DNA of 64,000 nucleotides from contig CAXXET010000006.1 in assembly GCA_963666115.2 (NCBI GenBank), positions 160,001 to 224,000 on the forward strand, in the 5' to 3' direction. The stretch comes from Dehalococcoidia bacterium. GTDB taxonomy: Bacteria > Chloroflexota > Dehalococcoidia > UBA6926. This document shows positions 8,906 through 18,317 of the stretch, piece by piece (within the stretch, counting starts at the first letter, position 1; every line of letters starts with the position of its first letter). The notes beneath the pieces are model-generated. The model made no database searches. It was not told the DNA's origin and saw only the letters and a program-made list of their open reading frames with translations. Made by a program: the position numbers and the translations under genes.

Positions 8906-11170
8906 CTAGGTTGTGCCGTTGTGCGTTGCCCAGAAGACGTTTTCCGGGTTGAGGGGTATCTGGCGGTGGCGGATGTTCGTCGCGCGGCTGACGGCGTTGC
9001 CGACTGCCGGGAGCGGCGGAATGATCGGCACCTCACCGACGCCCCTGACGCCAAGCGGGTTCTCCGGCGCGGGACCGCCGACGAAGATCGTCTCGATCAT
9101 CGGCAGGTCGAGCGCGGTGGGCATCCGGTAGTCGAGGAAGTTGGCATTCTTGAGGATGCCGTCCTCGCCCCACTCATAGTTCTCCCACAACGCCCAGCCG
9201 ACACCCTGCGCGACGGCGCCCTGCACCTGGCCCTCAACGGCCATCGGGTTGATGGCGCGGCCGGGGTCCTGGAAGGCGGTGTACCTGGCGATGGTGGCGC
9301 GGCCCGTATCGTCGTCGATCTCAACTTCGCAGATCTGGACGCCGGAACTGGTGACGGGGCGCACGCCGGTGGCGAGGCCGTTGCCGATAATCGCGCCGGT
9401 GCCGCGCCCAACGTTGTTGGCCGCAAGCTCATTAAGGCTCACGGTCTGCTCCGGGTTGTCACGAAGGGAGAACGTCCTGTCCGCGTAGTCGACGTCGGCG
9501 GCATCAGCCTGGAATCGCTCGGCGGCGAGGTCCTTGAGCTTGCCGATGAGGTCTTCGGAGGCGTTCTTGACGGCCATGCCGGTCACGTACGTGATGCGGC
9601 TGCCCCATGAGCCGTCGGTGTAGCCGACCGCGTCGGTGTCGCCGACGGTGGAGCGGACCTCTTCGACGGTGACGCCGAGCTCCTCGGCGGCGATTTGCGC
9701 CATGGACGTGCGCGTGCCAGTGAGGTCCACCGAGCCGACGATGAGGCTGAACGTCGCGTCCGCGTTGAGCTGGATGGAGGCGGTGGACGTGCCGGCGCCC
9801 TCGCGGCGCATTCCGATGGCAACACCGCGGCCCCGTCCCTCAGGCACCGGGGTCGTCCAGGACTCGTGGCTCTTGACGGTCTCAAGGATCTCCTTGAACC
9901 GCGTCACGGGGAGGGCCATGCCGTCACTCATCGGCGCGCCGTCATCCGTGATGTTGGCGATGCGGAGATCGATTGGGTCCATGTCCAGCGCCTCGGCCAA
10001 CTCGTCCATCATCGTCTCAATGGCGAAAGCGCCCTCCGGGAGACCCGGCGCGCGGTACGCCTGCGAGCGGGACTTGTTGGTGAGCACGTCGTAGCCGTCG
10101 GCCTGGAAGTTGGGCAGCTTGTAGGGGGAGAGGCCGGCGACGAGGATGTTGTTCACGTAGAGCGCGGAGCCGGGGAGGCATCCGGCATCGAGGTAGAACT
10201 TGGCCTCGAACGCAGTGACCTCGCCGTTCTTGTTGGCGCCCGCCTTGATCCAGCAGTAGGCGTCCGGCGCGGGGCCGGTGGCGCGGAAGACCTCGTCCCG
10301 GCTGAGGACGGTCTTGACGGGAGAGCCCGTCTTGAGAGCAAGCAGGGCGGTCGGAAGCTCAGGGACGGTGAATCCCTTGCCGCCGAAGCCGCCGCCGATC
10401 TCCAGGGGCACCACGGTCACCTTATTAAGGGGAATCTGCAGGAGGGCGGCGTTCTGGCTCTTGTTGGCGAAGGATGCCTGCGTGGTTGTGTAGATGGTGA
10501 CGTGGCCGCTGGCGTCAACATCGACGGTGCAGGCCTGGGGCTCGATGTAGCCCTGGTGCACCATGCCGATGCGGTATTCGCTTTCGAGGACGACATCCGC
10601 CTCTTCATAGCCCTTGGCGACGTCGCCGCGGGCGAGCGCCATATGCACGGAGAGGTTGGTCGGCTTGTCGCCGCGGCCCTCGAGGCTCCGCGTGCGGACT
10701 TCCTCGTGGATAATCGGCGCATCGTCCTTGATGGCGTCCTCGATGCCGACGACGGCCGGGAGCGGCTCATACTCCACCTTGATGAGTTCAGCGGCCTCTT
10801 CGGCGACGTGCGGGGAGGTGGCGGCGACGGCGGCGACGGGGTGGCCGTGGAAGAGGACGCGATCCGATGCCATGAGGAACTGCCGCAGGTACACGGCGTC
10901 CAGCGTGACCTCACCGCCCACCTGCTCATCGGAGTCGAGCGGGGGCAGGTCCTTGTGGGTGACGACGCCCTTGACGCCGGGATAGGCCTCCGCGGCGGAT
11001 GTGTCGATGCTCTTGATGCGCGCGTGGGCGTGCGGACTGCGGAGAATCTTGCAGTGGAGCGTGCCGGGCAGCGTGAGATCCGGCGCGTATACCGCCCGCC
11101 CCTTGACGCGCTCGACGGCGTCGACACGCGCGATAGGCTGTCCGATGGCCTTCTCAGGTGTTGCAACCAT
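8906..11170 (-). CDS. Xanthine dehydrogenase-family molybdopterin-binding subunit
   Basis: LRSPHAHARI, HQGYIEP, IGGGFGGK, AYRAPG, GQVQGAVAQGVG, GVRGVGE. Confidence 0.93.
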   Translation of the reverse strand: MVATPEKAIGQPIARVDAVERVKGRAVYAPDLTLPGTLHCKILRSPHAHARIKSIDTSAAEAYPGVKGVVTHKDLPPLDSDEQVGGEVTLDAVYLRQFLMASDRVLFHGHPVAAVAATSPHVAEEAAELIKVEYEPLPAVVGIEDAIKDDAPIIHEEVRTRSLEGRGDKPTNLSVHMALARGDVAKGYEEADVVLESEYRIGMVHQGYIEPQACTVDVDASGHVTIYTTTQASFANKSQNAALLQIPLNKVTVVPLEIGGGFGGKGFTVPELPTALLALKTGSPVKTVLSRDEVFRATGPAPDAYCWIKAGANKNGEVTAFEAKFYLDAGCLPGSALYVNNILVAGLSPYKLPNFQADGYDVLTNKSRSQAYRAPGLPEGAFAIETMMDELAEALDMDPIDLRIANITDDGAPMSDGMALPVTRFKEILETVKSHESWTTPVPEGRGRGVAIGMRREGAGTSTASIQLNADATFSLIVGSVDLTGTRTSMAQIAAEELGVTVEEVRSTVGDTDAVGYTDGSWGSRITYVTGMAVKNASEDLIGKLKDLAAERFQADAADVDYADRTFSLRDNPEQTVSLNELAANNVGRGTGAIIGNGLATGVRPVTSSGVQICEVEIDDDTGRATIARYTAFQDPGRAINPMAVEGQVQGAVAQGVGWALWENYEWGEDGILKNANFLDYRMPTALDLPMIETIFVGGPAPENPLGVRGVGEVPIIPPLPAVGNAVSRATNIRHRQIPLNPENVFWATHNGTT

Positions 11171-11301
11171 ATGCTTCTACCTCCATTGCGGGCGCTCATT
11201 CGGGGGCGTCCGCGTCCCTATGCCGCCGCTTGCCGATTGGAGCCTTTGCGGCGACAGGGTTAGTGTAGCGGGGCGGGCGCGCGCGGACAAGCAACACGGG
11301 G

Positions 11302-11421
11302 CTACTTATCCATATTGGCCATGTCTACGGCGGCACGGGCTATTATCTTGGCGCAGTCCACGATTTCCGCCTCGTCGATGTGGGCGTCAATCTGCGCGCC
11401 GAGGTCCGGTGTCGTTGTCAT
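11302..11421 (-). pseudogene. 39-aa mini-ORF, probable internally deleted M20/ArgE-DapE peptidase
   Basis: Strong RBS AGGAGGT; MTTTPDLGAQIDAHIDEAEIV-DCAKIIARAAVDMANMDK resembles the two termini of the M20 protein at 58823-60058. Confidence 0.45.
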
Positions 11422-11481
11422 CACTCACCTCCTGCCATAGCCTGACGACACGGCAATAGTAACGCGTTGGCTACGACGATA

Positions 11482-13860
11482 CTATCTGCTAAGCATGTTC
11501 TCTATCGCGTAGTAGAGGTCATCAGTGAAGTAGCGGCGGCCCGTGTCGGGCGGGGTAAACACGAACATGTGCTCCGCAGCATATGGGGAAACAGTATAAT
11601 CTGAGCCTTGCCCAGTGGTGCTGCCGAGTTCGACGGCGTATGCCATGATGGGGTTGTGAGGAAACGGCGTACCCGTGTCCTTTTCAAATCGCAGCGCAAC
11701 CTCTTCAAACAGGTCCAACGTGGGATCGTTGCGGGGGAACTCCGTGTGGCGGATGACGTACAGGTCAACGTCGCCTGCAAGCGGGAAGGCGATGGTTCGG
11801 TGGGCGACGTGGCTCTGTCGCAGCAGGTCTCTGTACTGGGCCCCGGGATGCCGTCGGGCTTCGATCAGGCCAAACAGGGTAACGAATTCCGCCTCGCCTA
11901 TCTGAGTAGTCAGCCATTCCTCGCCGACAACGAAAGCCGGATCGTCCAATGACACACGGGCCATCAAGCCCATCATATTCGCGTCGCGAGCATCGATGTC
12001 GTCCTGGAACCAGGAGACGGAGCCGGCGCTGAAGGTGTTCTGCCTGGCGACGCCTGCGGCCTCTTCGATGAACCGCCGAAACTGGTGTGTCCATTCAATC
12101 TCATCGGCGCTGATGCCGTCCTGGGCCCAGGGGCGGCCGGGGATGGATGCCGCGAGTTCGTCGTCCTGCCCCTGGAGTGCGAGCAGGAGGTCCGCGTACT
12201 CGTCCAGCCACCGACCCTCAGTGCGACTGATGCCGTTCAGCAGCCAGGGGAGGCGGGCCACGGCCGACGCAAGGTCGTCACCATGCAGGTATTGGGTGTC
12301 CAGTATTAGGTGATGAAGATTTCTCAGGCCCAGGACGCTCTGTTCAGACGTTTCGGGGGATTCAGCGTGGGCGTTCTCAATCACGGCGGTGACCGTATCA
12401 GGCGCCAGCGGGGTGACATCGTTGACGAAGTCCAGTATTTCCCGAACGTATTCGCGCTCTATGCCGGGCATACCGTCATCAAGCCACGGAAAGGTGGTGA
12501 GCGTGGGCGGGAGGGTCACCTCGCCGCTGAATCTGGCGTCCAAGAAGCCGGCATACGTGACGAGCAATTCAGTTTCGCCCACGTCCACATCATCCTGGAG
12601 CCAGGGGCGGGCTGTTAGCGTTGAGATGAATTCGGCGGTCTGCGGGCCCTGACTCTCGAATATGATGGCAAGGTTTTTCAACGGCACGACATCCTCAATA
12701 GCGATGCCATCCCGCACCCACCCGTATGCCAAGACAGACGCCAGCACGTCAGGCTGCTCTGCGGCAAGAGATGCGACAGAATCCGCCAGATGTTGGATTG
12801 CAGGAGCTTCCCAGCGGCCGACATCGTCGGAGATCCAGTCGTAGTTGAGGAGAGTCTCCTGATAAGCGCTGGCATCGACATCCTGAATGGCCAGCAAGTC
12901 GGCGAATGCGCGGAGGGCGCGGGTTTCATCGTTATCGAGGGAATCCGCCATCCAGGGATACGTCAGCATTATCTGCAAGGCTTGGGCGTCCTCTGGGCCT
13001 GCCTCTTGAAAGAGCTGTTCAAAGTTGCGCAGGGAATCGTTATCCCCGCCGTCAATGCCGTCTGTGACCCACTGGTATGACGCGACGGTTCTCACGGCGT
13101 CCACATGGTGGTCACCCGCCTCGATGATGAGTCTGGTCAGTTGGCCGACGGCGTCCGACTCCGGGGAGGAGACGGCGTCCTGCATCCAGGGATAGTCCGC
13201 GATGAGACGGGCCATATCGATCCGTTCAGGGGAGGCGGCAGGCGAGATATCAACGCCGGGGACGCCTATCCGCATCGCGCCGATGCCGGTCACCGTGTGC
13301 GCCTGAAAGCCGGGCGCAGCAATGTGAGCGAGCTCTTCCAGGGCTGTTGCCTCATCAGCCGCTGCGCCATCGGGAATCCACTGGTATGAGGCGAGGGTCG
13401 AGCCGAGGTTGTCGTCTACGTCTGCTGCGGCGCGTATGGCGCGAAAGGCGCGGCGATCATCGGGGCTGATTGCGCCGTTGGGGCTCATCCATGGGAGGCT
13501 GAGTACGATGTCCGCAACGGCGGGGACCTCCATCAGCAGCCAAGAGAAGTCGTCAAGCGCGCCGGCTTCTTCGGCGGTGATGCCGTCGGCGACCCAGGGG
13601 AGGGCCGCAATCTCCTCCCCAACTGTGTCATCGCTGAAGCTTATGCGGCGGATTGCAGCCCAGGCGATCCAGTGGACCGTGTCCGGCGGGGATTGGAACC
13701 AGGCGAGTCGTTCGGCGGCAGTTGGCTCAGGGGTTGGGGTGGGGATGGGAGACGGGGTGACGGCGGGGGTGGGGTCAGCCTGACGGCAGGCGCCGAGCGC
13801 GACGACCACGAGGGTAAGCGCGCCCAAGGCCAGTGCGAACCGCAAAACACGGCGCATCAT
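11482..13860 (-). CDS. Lipoprotein with ~14 W-x-x-D-G helical repeats; paralogue of 15204-18149 lacking the HExxH domain
   Basis: Lipobox ALGAC, Pro/Thr linker, repeats LPWVADGI, YQWVTDGI, YGWVRDGI, FPWLDDGM, RPWAQDGI. Confidence 0.8.
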   Translation of the reverse strand: MMRRVLRFALALGALTLVVVALGACRQADPTPAVTPSPIPTPTPEPTAAERLAWFQSPPDTVHWIAWAAIRRISFSDDTVGEEIAALPWVADGITAEEAGALDDFSWLLMEVPAVADIVLSLPWMSPNGAISPDDRRAFRAIRAAADVDDNLGSTLASYQWIPDGAAADEATALEELAHIAAPGFQAHTVTGIGAMRIGVPGVDISPAASPERIDMARLIADYPWMQDAVSSPESDAVGQLTRLIIEAGDHHVDAVRTVASYQWVTDGIDGGDNDSLRNFEQLFQEAGPEDAQALQIMLTYPWMADSLDNDETRALRAFADLLAIQDVDASAYQETLLNYDWISDDVGRWEAPAIQHLADSVASLAAEQPDVLASVLAYGWVRDGIAIEDVVPLKNLAIIFESQGPQTAEFISTLTARPWLQDDVDVGETELLVTYAGFLDARFSGEVTLPPTLTTFPWLDDGMPGIEREYVREILDFVNDVTPLAPDTVTAVIENAHAESPETSEQSVLGLRNLHHLILDTQYLHGDDLASAVARLPWLLNGISRTEGRWLDEYADLLLALQGQDDELAASIPGRPWAQDGISADEIEWTHQFRRFIEEAAGVARQNTFSAGSVSWFQDDIDARDANMMGLMARVSLDDPAFVVGEEWLTTQIGEAEFVTLFGLIEARRHPGAQYRDLLRQSHVAHRTIAFPLAGDVDLYVIRHTEFPRNDPTLDLFEEVALRFEKDTGTPFPHNPIMAYAVELGSTTGQGSDYTVSPYAAEHMFVFTPPDTGRRYFTDDLYYAIENMLSR

Positions 13861-13961
13861 TACCTCCCTGATGCTCCGGTAGGTTTAGGGGATAGTACAC
13901 CATTACGCCCTCGCTCTAACCCTCCCCCAGAGGGGGGGCGTCCCGATGGATTCCCGCTTTC

Positions 13962-15183
13962 GGAGACCTTTGCGCAACCGTGGTCTCGCCTATTTTGGGG
14001 GACGCAGGTGGCGAGAGGGCGTGTGCTCTGTCAAGAATCGATGGTGTCCGACGGGCTGTCTGGCCGGTCATGTAGGCCCGATTTCAGGGGTGTGGCGGTA
14101 TCCGGCGCTCGGATTGTGGGGTCGTGCCCGCTCAGGCCGGGGCGGGGACGAGGTGAATCATCTTCCTGAGGTTGTAGGCCATCAGCTTCAGGTACATCTC
14201 CACCCGGTTTCGGCGCAAGCCCCGGTAGCGCACGCGACTGTAGCCGTAGCTCCGTTTGAGCGTCCCAAAGACCTTCTCGACCGGGGAGCGGCGCGGCGCA
14301 ATCAGGTCATTCCGCAATTGGAGTCGCGGCGGCAACACCCGCTGATGCTTGTTGGCCCGATGCATGATCCTGTCCTTGATGCCCATCTCCTTCAGCCGCC
14401 GTCGCCGCGCTTTCGATTCGTAGGCGCGATCGCCGTACACCGCCCGCTCATCCCCGCTGATCAGTTCGTCCGCCACCTCGCTCTCATACACCACGGCCGA
14501 TGTGAATTCCGCCTGGCGCACGATGCCCGTCCCCTCGTCCACCCCCGCGTGCGCCTTGTAGCCGAAGTGCGTTCGCGATCCGCGGCCGGTGCGGCTCCAG
14601 CCCGCATCGGGGTCGGTCTCGCTCGATGCGCCAGGCCCCGCGCTCATCGGAGGGCGTCTGACCTGCGCCTCCACCAGCGTGGCATCCATCAATGTCCCCG
14701 ACTTGACGAGCAATCCCCGCTTGTCCAGCTGCGCGCCCAGCTCCTGGAAGAGCGTCTCCGCCAGGCCGCGCCGCCCCAATTCCGTGCGGAAACGGCTGAT
14801 CGTCGAGTGATCCGGCGCGTCATCCTCAAGCCCCAGCCCCACGAAGCGGCGGAAGGAGATGCGATCCGTCAGCGCCTCCTCCATCTGGGGATCCGAGGCG
14901 TTGTACCACTGCTGCAACAGGAGGATCTTCACCATCGTCAGCGGCGGATAGCTCGGCCGGCCCTCCGGCGCCGAATAGATGTCATCCACCAACCTGGCGA
15001 AGCGATCCCAATCGATCTCTGCGCCGATGCGCTCCAAGCGCGTATTCCTGCCGAGCTTCTCCGGCAGCAGCGTCTCGGCCAATGACGGCTGTCCCATCTG
15101 ACGATGCATCGCTCTCCCTCCCCTCACACCATCCGCGCTCACCCCAATTTTGGCCTGACTGGGAGAGTTATGCAAAGGTCTCC
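13962..15183 (-). mobile_element. IS5-family insertion sequence, 1222 bp
   Basis: Terminal inverted repeats GGAGACCTTTGCGCAAC (13962-13978) and GTTATGCAAAGGTCTCC (15167-15183), 15/17 match; flanking duplication TTTC (or CTTTCG if the ends are GAGACC/GGTCTC); single transposase. Confidence 0.92.
14132..15109 (-). CDS. IS5-family DDE transposase
   Basis: GRPSYP, LQQWYNASDPQMEEALTDRISFRRFVGL, PDHSTISRFR, MDATLV, FGYKAH, YGDRAY, RSPVEKVFGTLK, MAYNL; start at ATG 15109. Confidence 0.93.
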   Translation of the reverse strand: MHRQMGQPSLAETLLPEKLGRNTRLERIGAEIDWDRFARLVDDIYSAPEGRPSYPPLTMVKILLLQQWYNASDPQMEEALTDRISFRRFVGLGLEDDAPDHSTISRFRTELGRRGLAETLFQELGAQLDKRGLLVKSGTLMDATLVEAQVRRPPMSAGPGASSETDPDAGWSRTGRGSRTHFGYKAHAGVDEGTGIVRQAEFTSAVVYESEVADELISGDERAVYGDRAYESKARRRRLKEMGIKDRIMHRANKHQRVLPPRLQLRNDLIAPRRSPVEKVFGTLKRSYGYSRVRYRGLRRNRVEMYLKLMAYNLRKMIHLVPAPA

Positions 15184-15203
15184 TTTCGCGGGAAAAAGAG
15201 GCG

Positions 15204-18149
15204 TTAGGAGTTTTGGATGGTGACTTTGGCGCCGCCGTGGATGTCGTCGAAGAGGTTGTGGAAGTCTTCGAGTTTGTCCTGGGGGGTGTTGGCCAGGAAG
15301 GCATCGTAGATTCTTTGATCCGTAATCGGCTTGATCCAACCGGAGTCGCCGGCATCAACATAGAGTTGACGCATGGCGGCGGAGACGGCGTCGTGTCCCA
15401 AGCGCAGGTACATCTCCATGATGAAGAGTTCGCCAAAGGCGTAGTCGCAAATGCCGCGATCGGCTGCGCGGCCGGGATCAACCTCTCTAAGGTGATAGAG
15501 GTCGGAAATGGTATCGATTCCGCGACTCCAGCATTCGCGCCGGGTGTCTTCAATCAGGTTAGCGCGCCGTTCTTCCAAGGTTTCCTGGCCCAAGGCATCT
15601 CGCGCGTAATCGGGCAGGAATCCGGCTGCGCCTTCCGTCCACCATATCGGGGCGCGTGTGTGACCACCCCAGTACATATGACTGAATTCATGGAAGATTG
15701 CCAAATGGAAATTGGGATTGTATTTGGGCGGAGCGACCGCGACATATGACCCCATCGCAAATGCAACGTTATATTGAGGCTCTTCTCCTGCCTGCAAATT
15801 GGGTTCTATCATCACGGCAAGGGCAAACTCATGGGGGAATCGGACTCCCATAAAATGCTCCAGTTGTGTGATGATCTGTTCCATTAGGTCAAGAGTGGGA
15901 TCATCCGCCGGGAACTCCGTATGCCGGATCCCATAGAGCCTTATTTCGCCGGTCAGGGGGAGTTCGATCATTCGCTCCGCCAAGTGGTATTCGTCAAGCA
16001 AGGCGCGGAACTTATGCTCCGAGCGGGACAGGGCATCAATATACGCCATCAGGACGACACGATCACGCTCAGAACTAACCCCACGGAACCAATCCCAATT
16101 CGTGTTTTCGGGGTTACGCCACGTTTCGGACACTGCTAATCTCGCGACAAGACTTGAATCAAGATAGTCAATGTCGCTCTGGAACAACGGCAACGATCCA
16201 ATTTCTATTGCAATGCTGCGATTCTGTTCACCGCTTTCCTCCAACAGCCGACGGTATTGGTGCATCCATTCACGTTCGTCGGCGGAGATCCCGTCCAGCG
16301 CCCAGGGGCGTCTGAGAATCGATTGCGCCAAGTCTTCATTCTCGCCATCAAGTTCTCTCAGGAAAACAGCGTACTCAGCAAGCCACCACCCCTCGATCTT
16401 GACGAGACCGTCCGACAACCAGGGGAGATGGATGACGTCGTTGGCCAGCTCGCCATAGAGCCGCCTGGCGTCATTAATGGCGCCACTGAACCTCTGGAAG
16501 TTGTAGATCGCGTCCTCGAACTTCTCGTCAGAATCAAGAGCTGTTCCGTCAATGAGGGCATCGACGGTTTCAGGCGCGATCGGAGAGACGTTCTCAATGA
16601 GCCAGAAGGACTCCGCAATGTATATACGTTCACTGATTGCTATTCCATCGTCCAGCCAGGGATAGGTGATTATGCGCGGAGGCATGGTGACGCCGGGAGG
16701 GATATCCCAGCGCAGGAAGCGTTCGTACTCCGCCAAGAGCGTCTCTTCATCCTCTTCCACGCTGTCCTGAATCCAGGGGCGAGAAGTTAGCGCCACAATG
16801 AATTCACCGGTCTCATCACTGCGTTGTTCGAAGATCGGCAGGAGAGCCCTGAGCGAATCCAGGTCGGACTCCACAAGGTCATCTTGCACCCACTCATATG
16901 CGAGGACGGAATCCACGGCCTCCGGGTAATCCGGCCCAAGCAATTGCAGGGTGTCGGACAACGCGCGAATACCGGTTGCCTCGTCGGCGGTGATCGAATC
17001 GGCCAGCCACGGATAACCGAGGAGTGTCAGGACTGCCGCAGAATCATCCGCAGAACTGTTGGCCAGAATGGAACGCATTGAGGCTATGTCGGGGACTTCG
17101 CTCAACTCGAGTCCGTCCGCCACCCACGCATAGTCCAGGATAACGGGCAATGCGTCCGCGTCTTCCGGGCCGGCGTCTTCAAACAGGGATTCATAGCGCC
17201 GAATCCAACCGTATTCTGATCGGGCAATGCCGTCCTGCACCCAGTCATACGCCACGAGTGTCTTTAACGCATCTGCCTGGAGGTCGCCGGCTGATGCAGC
17301 CACTTCGCTCAGATCGCTGATGAAACCGGCCTCCGCCTGCGTCGCGTCGTCACGCGTCCAGTTGTAGCCCCACACCGTTTCCAAGGCGGCGTCTCCGCTC
17401 CGCCCTTCGACTTGAATCAACTTGCCCCAAGCGTTGAGCGCCGTCCTCTCGACCTCAGTCATATCGTCCTTGAGCCAGTCGACTTCAGCAAGCTCCCGCA
17501 GGAAGTCGATGCGCGGCGGTTCCTGCGCCGATGCCGGGCGGAGCCGCATTGCGCCGATGCCGGTCACGGTCTGGGCTTGAAAGTCCGGCGCGACGAATTC
17601 GGCGAAAGTTTCCAGCACATCGGCCTCTTCGAAAGTGACGGCTGCTTCAATCCACGAGTAGGATGCGAGCGTTGAGCCAAGGTTGCCGTCCGCGTCCGCT
17701 GCTGCGCGAACGGCTCGAAGCGCGCGGCGCTCATCCGCGGTGATGTTCGCAGTCGCGCCCATCCACGGAAATTCCAGCACGGCCGTGGCGATGGCAGGGT
17801 CTTGTTGCAGCAGCCACGAGAGATCGTCCAGCACGCCGGCCTCATCTGCGGTTATGCCATCGACGCTCCATGGCAAGCTCGCGACCTGCTGGCCGAGAGC
17901 CTCGTCTTCGACGTTGATTCGCCGGATGGCGGTTCTGGCGATCCAGTGGGCGGCGTCCGGGGGGTTGGCGAGCCAGGCTGCGTGTTGGTTGAGCTGCTCG
18001 GTGGACGTGGGGGTTGGGGTGGGGGTGGGTGGCGGCGGCGTAGGGATGGGGGTTGGCGTGGGGGCGGGCTCCTGGCAGGCGGTGAGGGCGGCGAGCGCAA
18101 GGATGAGGGCGCCAACGGCCCACCCGATCCACACAGTGCGGCGCATCAT
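15204..18149 (-). CDS. Lipoprotein with ~15 W-x-x-D-G helical repeats and a C-terminal gluzincin-like metallopeptidase domain
   Basis: Real start MMRRTVWIGWAVGAL...LTAC (lipobox) at 18149; repeats; IFHEFSHMYW...WWTEGAA (HExxH plus downstream Glu). Confidence 0.82.
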   Translation of the reverse strand: MMRRTVWIGWAVGALILALAALTACQEPAPTPTPIPTPPPPTPTPTPTSTEQLNQHAAWLANPPDAAHWIARTAIRRINVEDEALGQQVASLPWSVDGITADEAGVLDDLSWLLQQDPAIATAVLEFPWMGATANITADERRALRAVRAAADADGNLGSTLASYSWIEAAVTFEEADVLETFAEFVAPDFQAQTVTGIGAMRLRPASAQEPPRIDFLRELAEVDWLKDDMTEVERTALNAWGKLIQVEGRSGDAALETVWGYNWTRDDATQAEAGFISDLSEVAASAGDLQADALKTLVAYDWVQDGIARSEYGWIRRYESLFEDAGPEDADALPVILDYAWVADGLELSEVPDIASMRSILANSSADDSAAVLTLLGYPWLADSITADEATGIRALSDTLQLLGPDYPEAVDSVLAYEWVQDDLVESDLDSLRALLPIFEQRSDETGEFIVALTSRPWIQDSVEEDEETLLAEYERFLRWDIPPGVTMPPRIITYPWLDDGIAISERIYIAESFWLIENVSPIAPETVDALIDGTALDSDEKFEDAIYNFQRFSGAINDARRLYGELANDVIHLPWLSDGLVKIEGWWLAEYAVFLRELDGENEDLAQSILRRPWALDGISADEREWMHQYRRLLEESGEQNRSIAIEIGSLPLFQSDIDYLDSSLVARLAVSETWRNPENTNWDWFRGVSSERDRVVLMAYIDALSRSEHKFRALLDEYHLAERMIELPLTGEIRLYGIRHTEFPADDPTLDLMEQIITQLEHFMGVRFPHEFALAVMIEPNLQAGEEPQYNVAFAMGSYVAVAPPKYNPNFHLAIFHEFSHMYWGGHTRAPIWWTEGAAGFLPDYARDALGQETLEERRANLIEDTRRECWSRGIDTISDLYHLREVDPGRAADRGICDYAFGELFIMEMYLRLGHDAVSAAMRQLYVDAGDSGWIKPITDQRIYDAFLANTPQDKLEDFHNLFDDIHGGAKVTIQNS

Positions 18150-18317
18150 TATCCCCCTGCTGATACGGCATGCTTTGGGGATGATAGCGCATTGGTGCGG
18201 GGGCGGGGGTATGGGGTTTGGTTGGGTGTGGGCGTATGATTGGGGAGTTGTGGTGTTGTGGCCGGCGGCGGTCAGGCGGTGCGCGGGGAATTGGTTGAGT
18301 GGTGAGTGGAGAATCTC

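Noticed and set aside
8906-11170. Aerobic CO dehydrogenase large subunit (coxL)
   Set aside because: The active-site loop is AYRAPG, not AYxCSFR or AYRGAG, and coxS/coxM are not adjacent.
9695-11263. 522-aa plus-strand ORF and similar long shadow ORFs (13946-15085, 42317-43459, 53500-54819, 59030-60100)
   Set aside because: Antisense frames of well-supported genes in GC-rich DNA, with no recognisable motifs.
11171-11300. Moco riboswitch
   Set aside because: A hairpin is present but I could not match the conserved Moco RNA features; it needs a covariance search.
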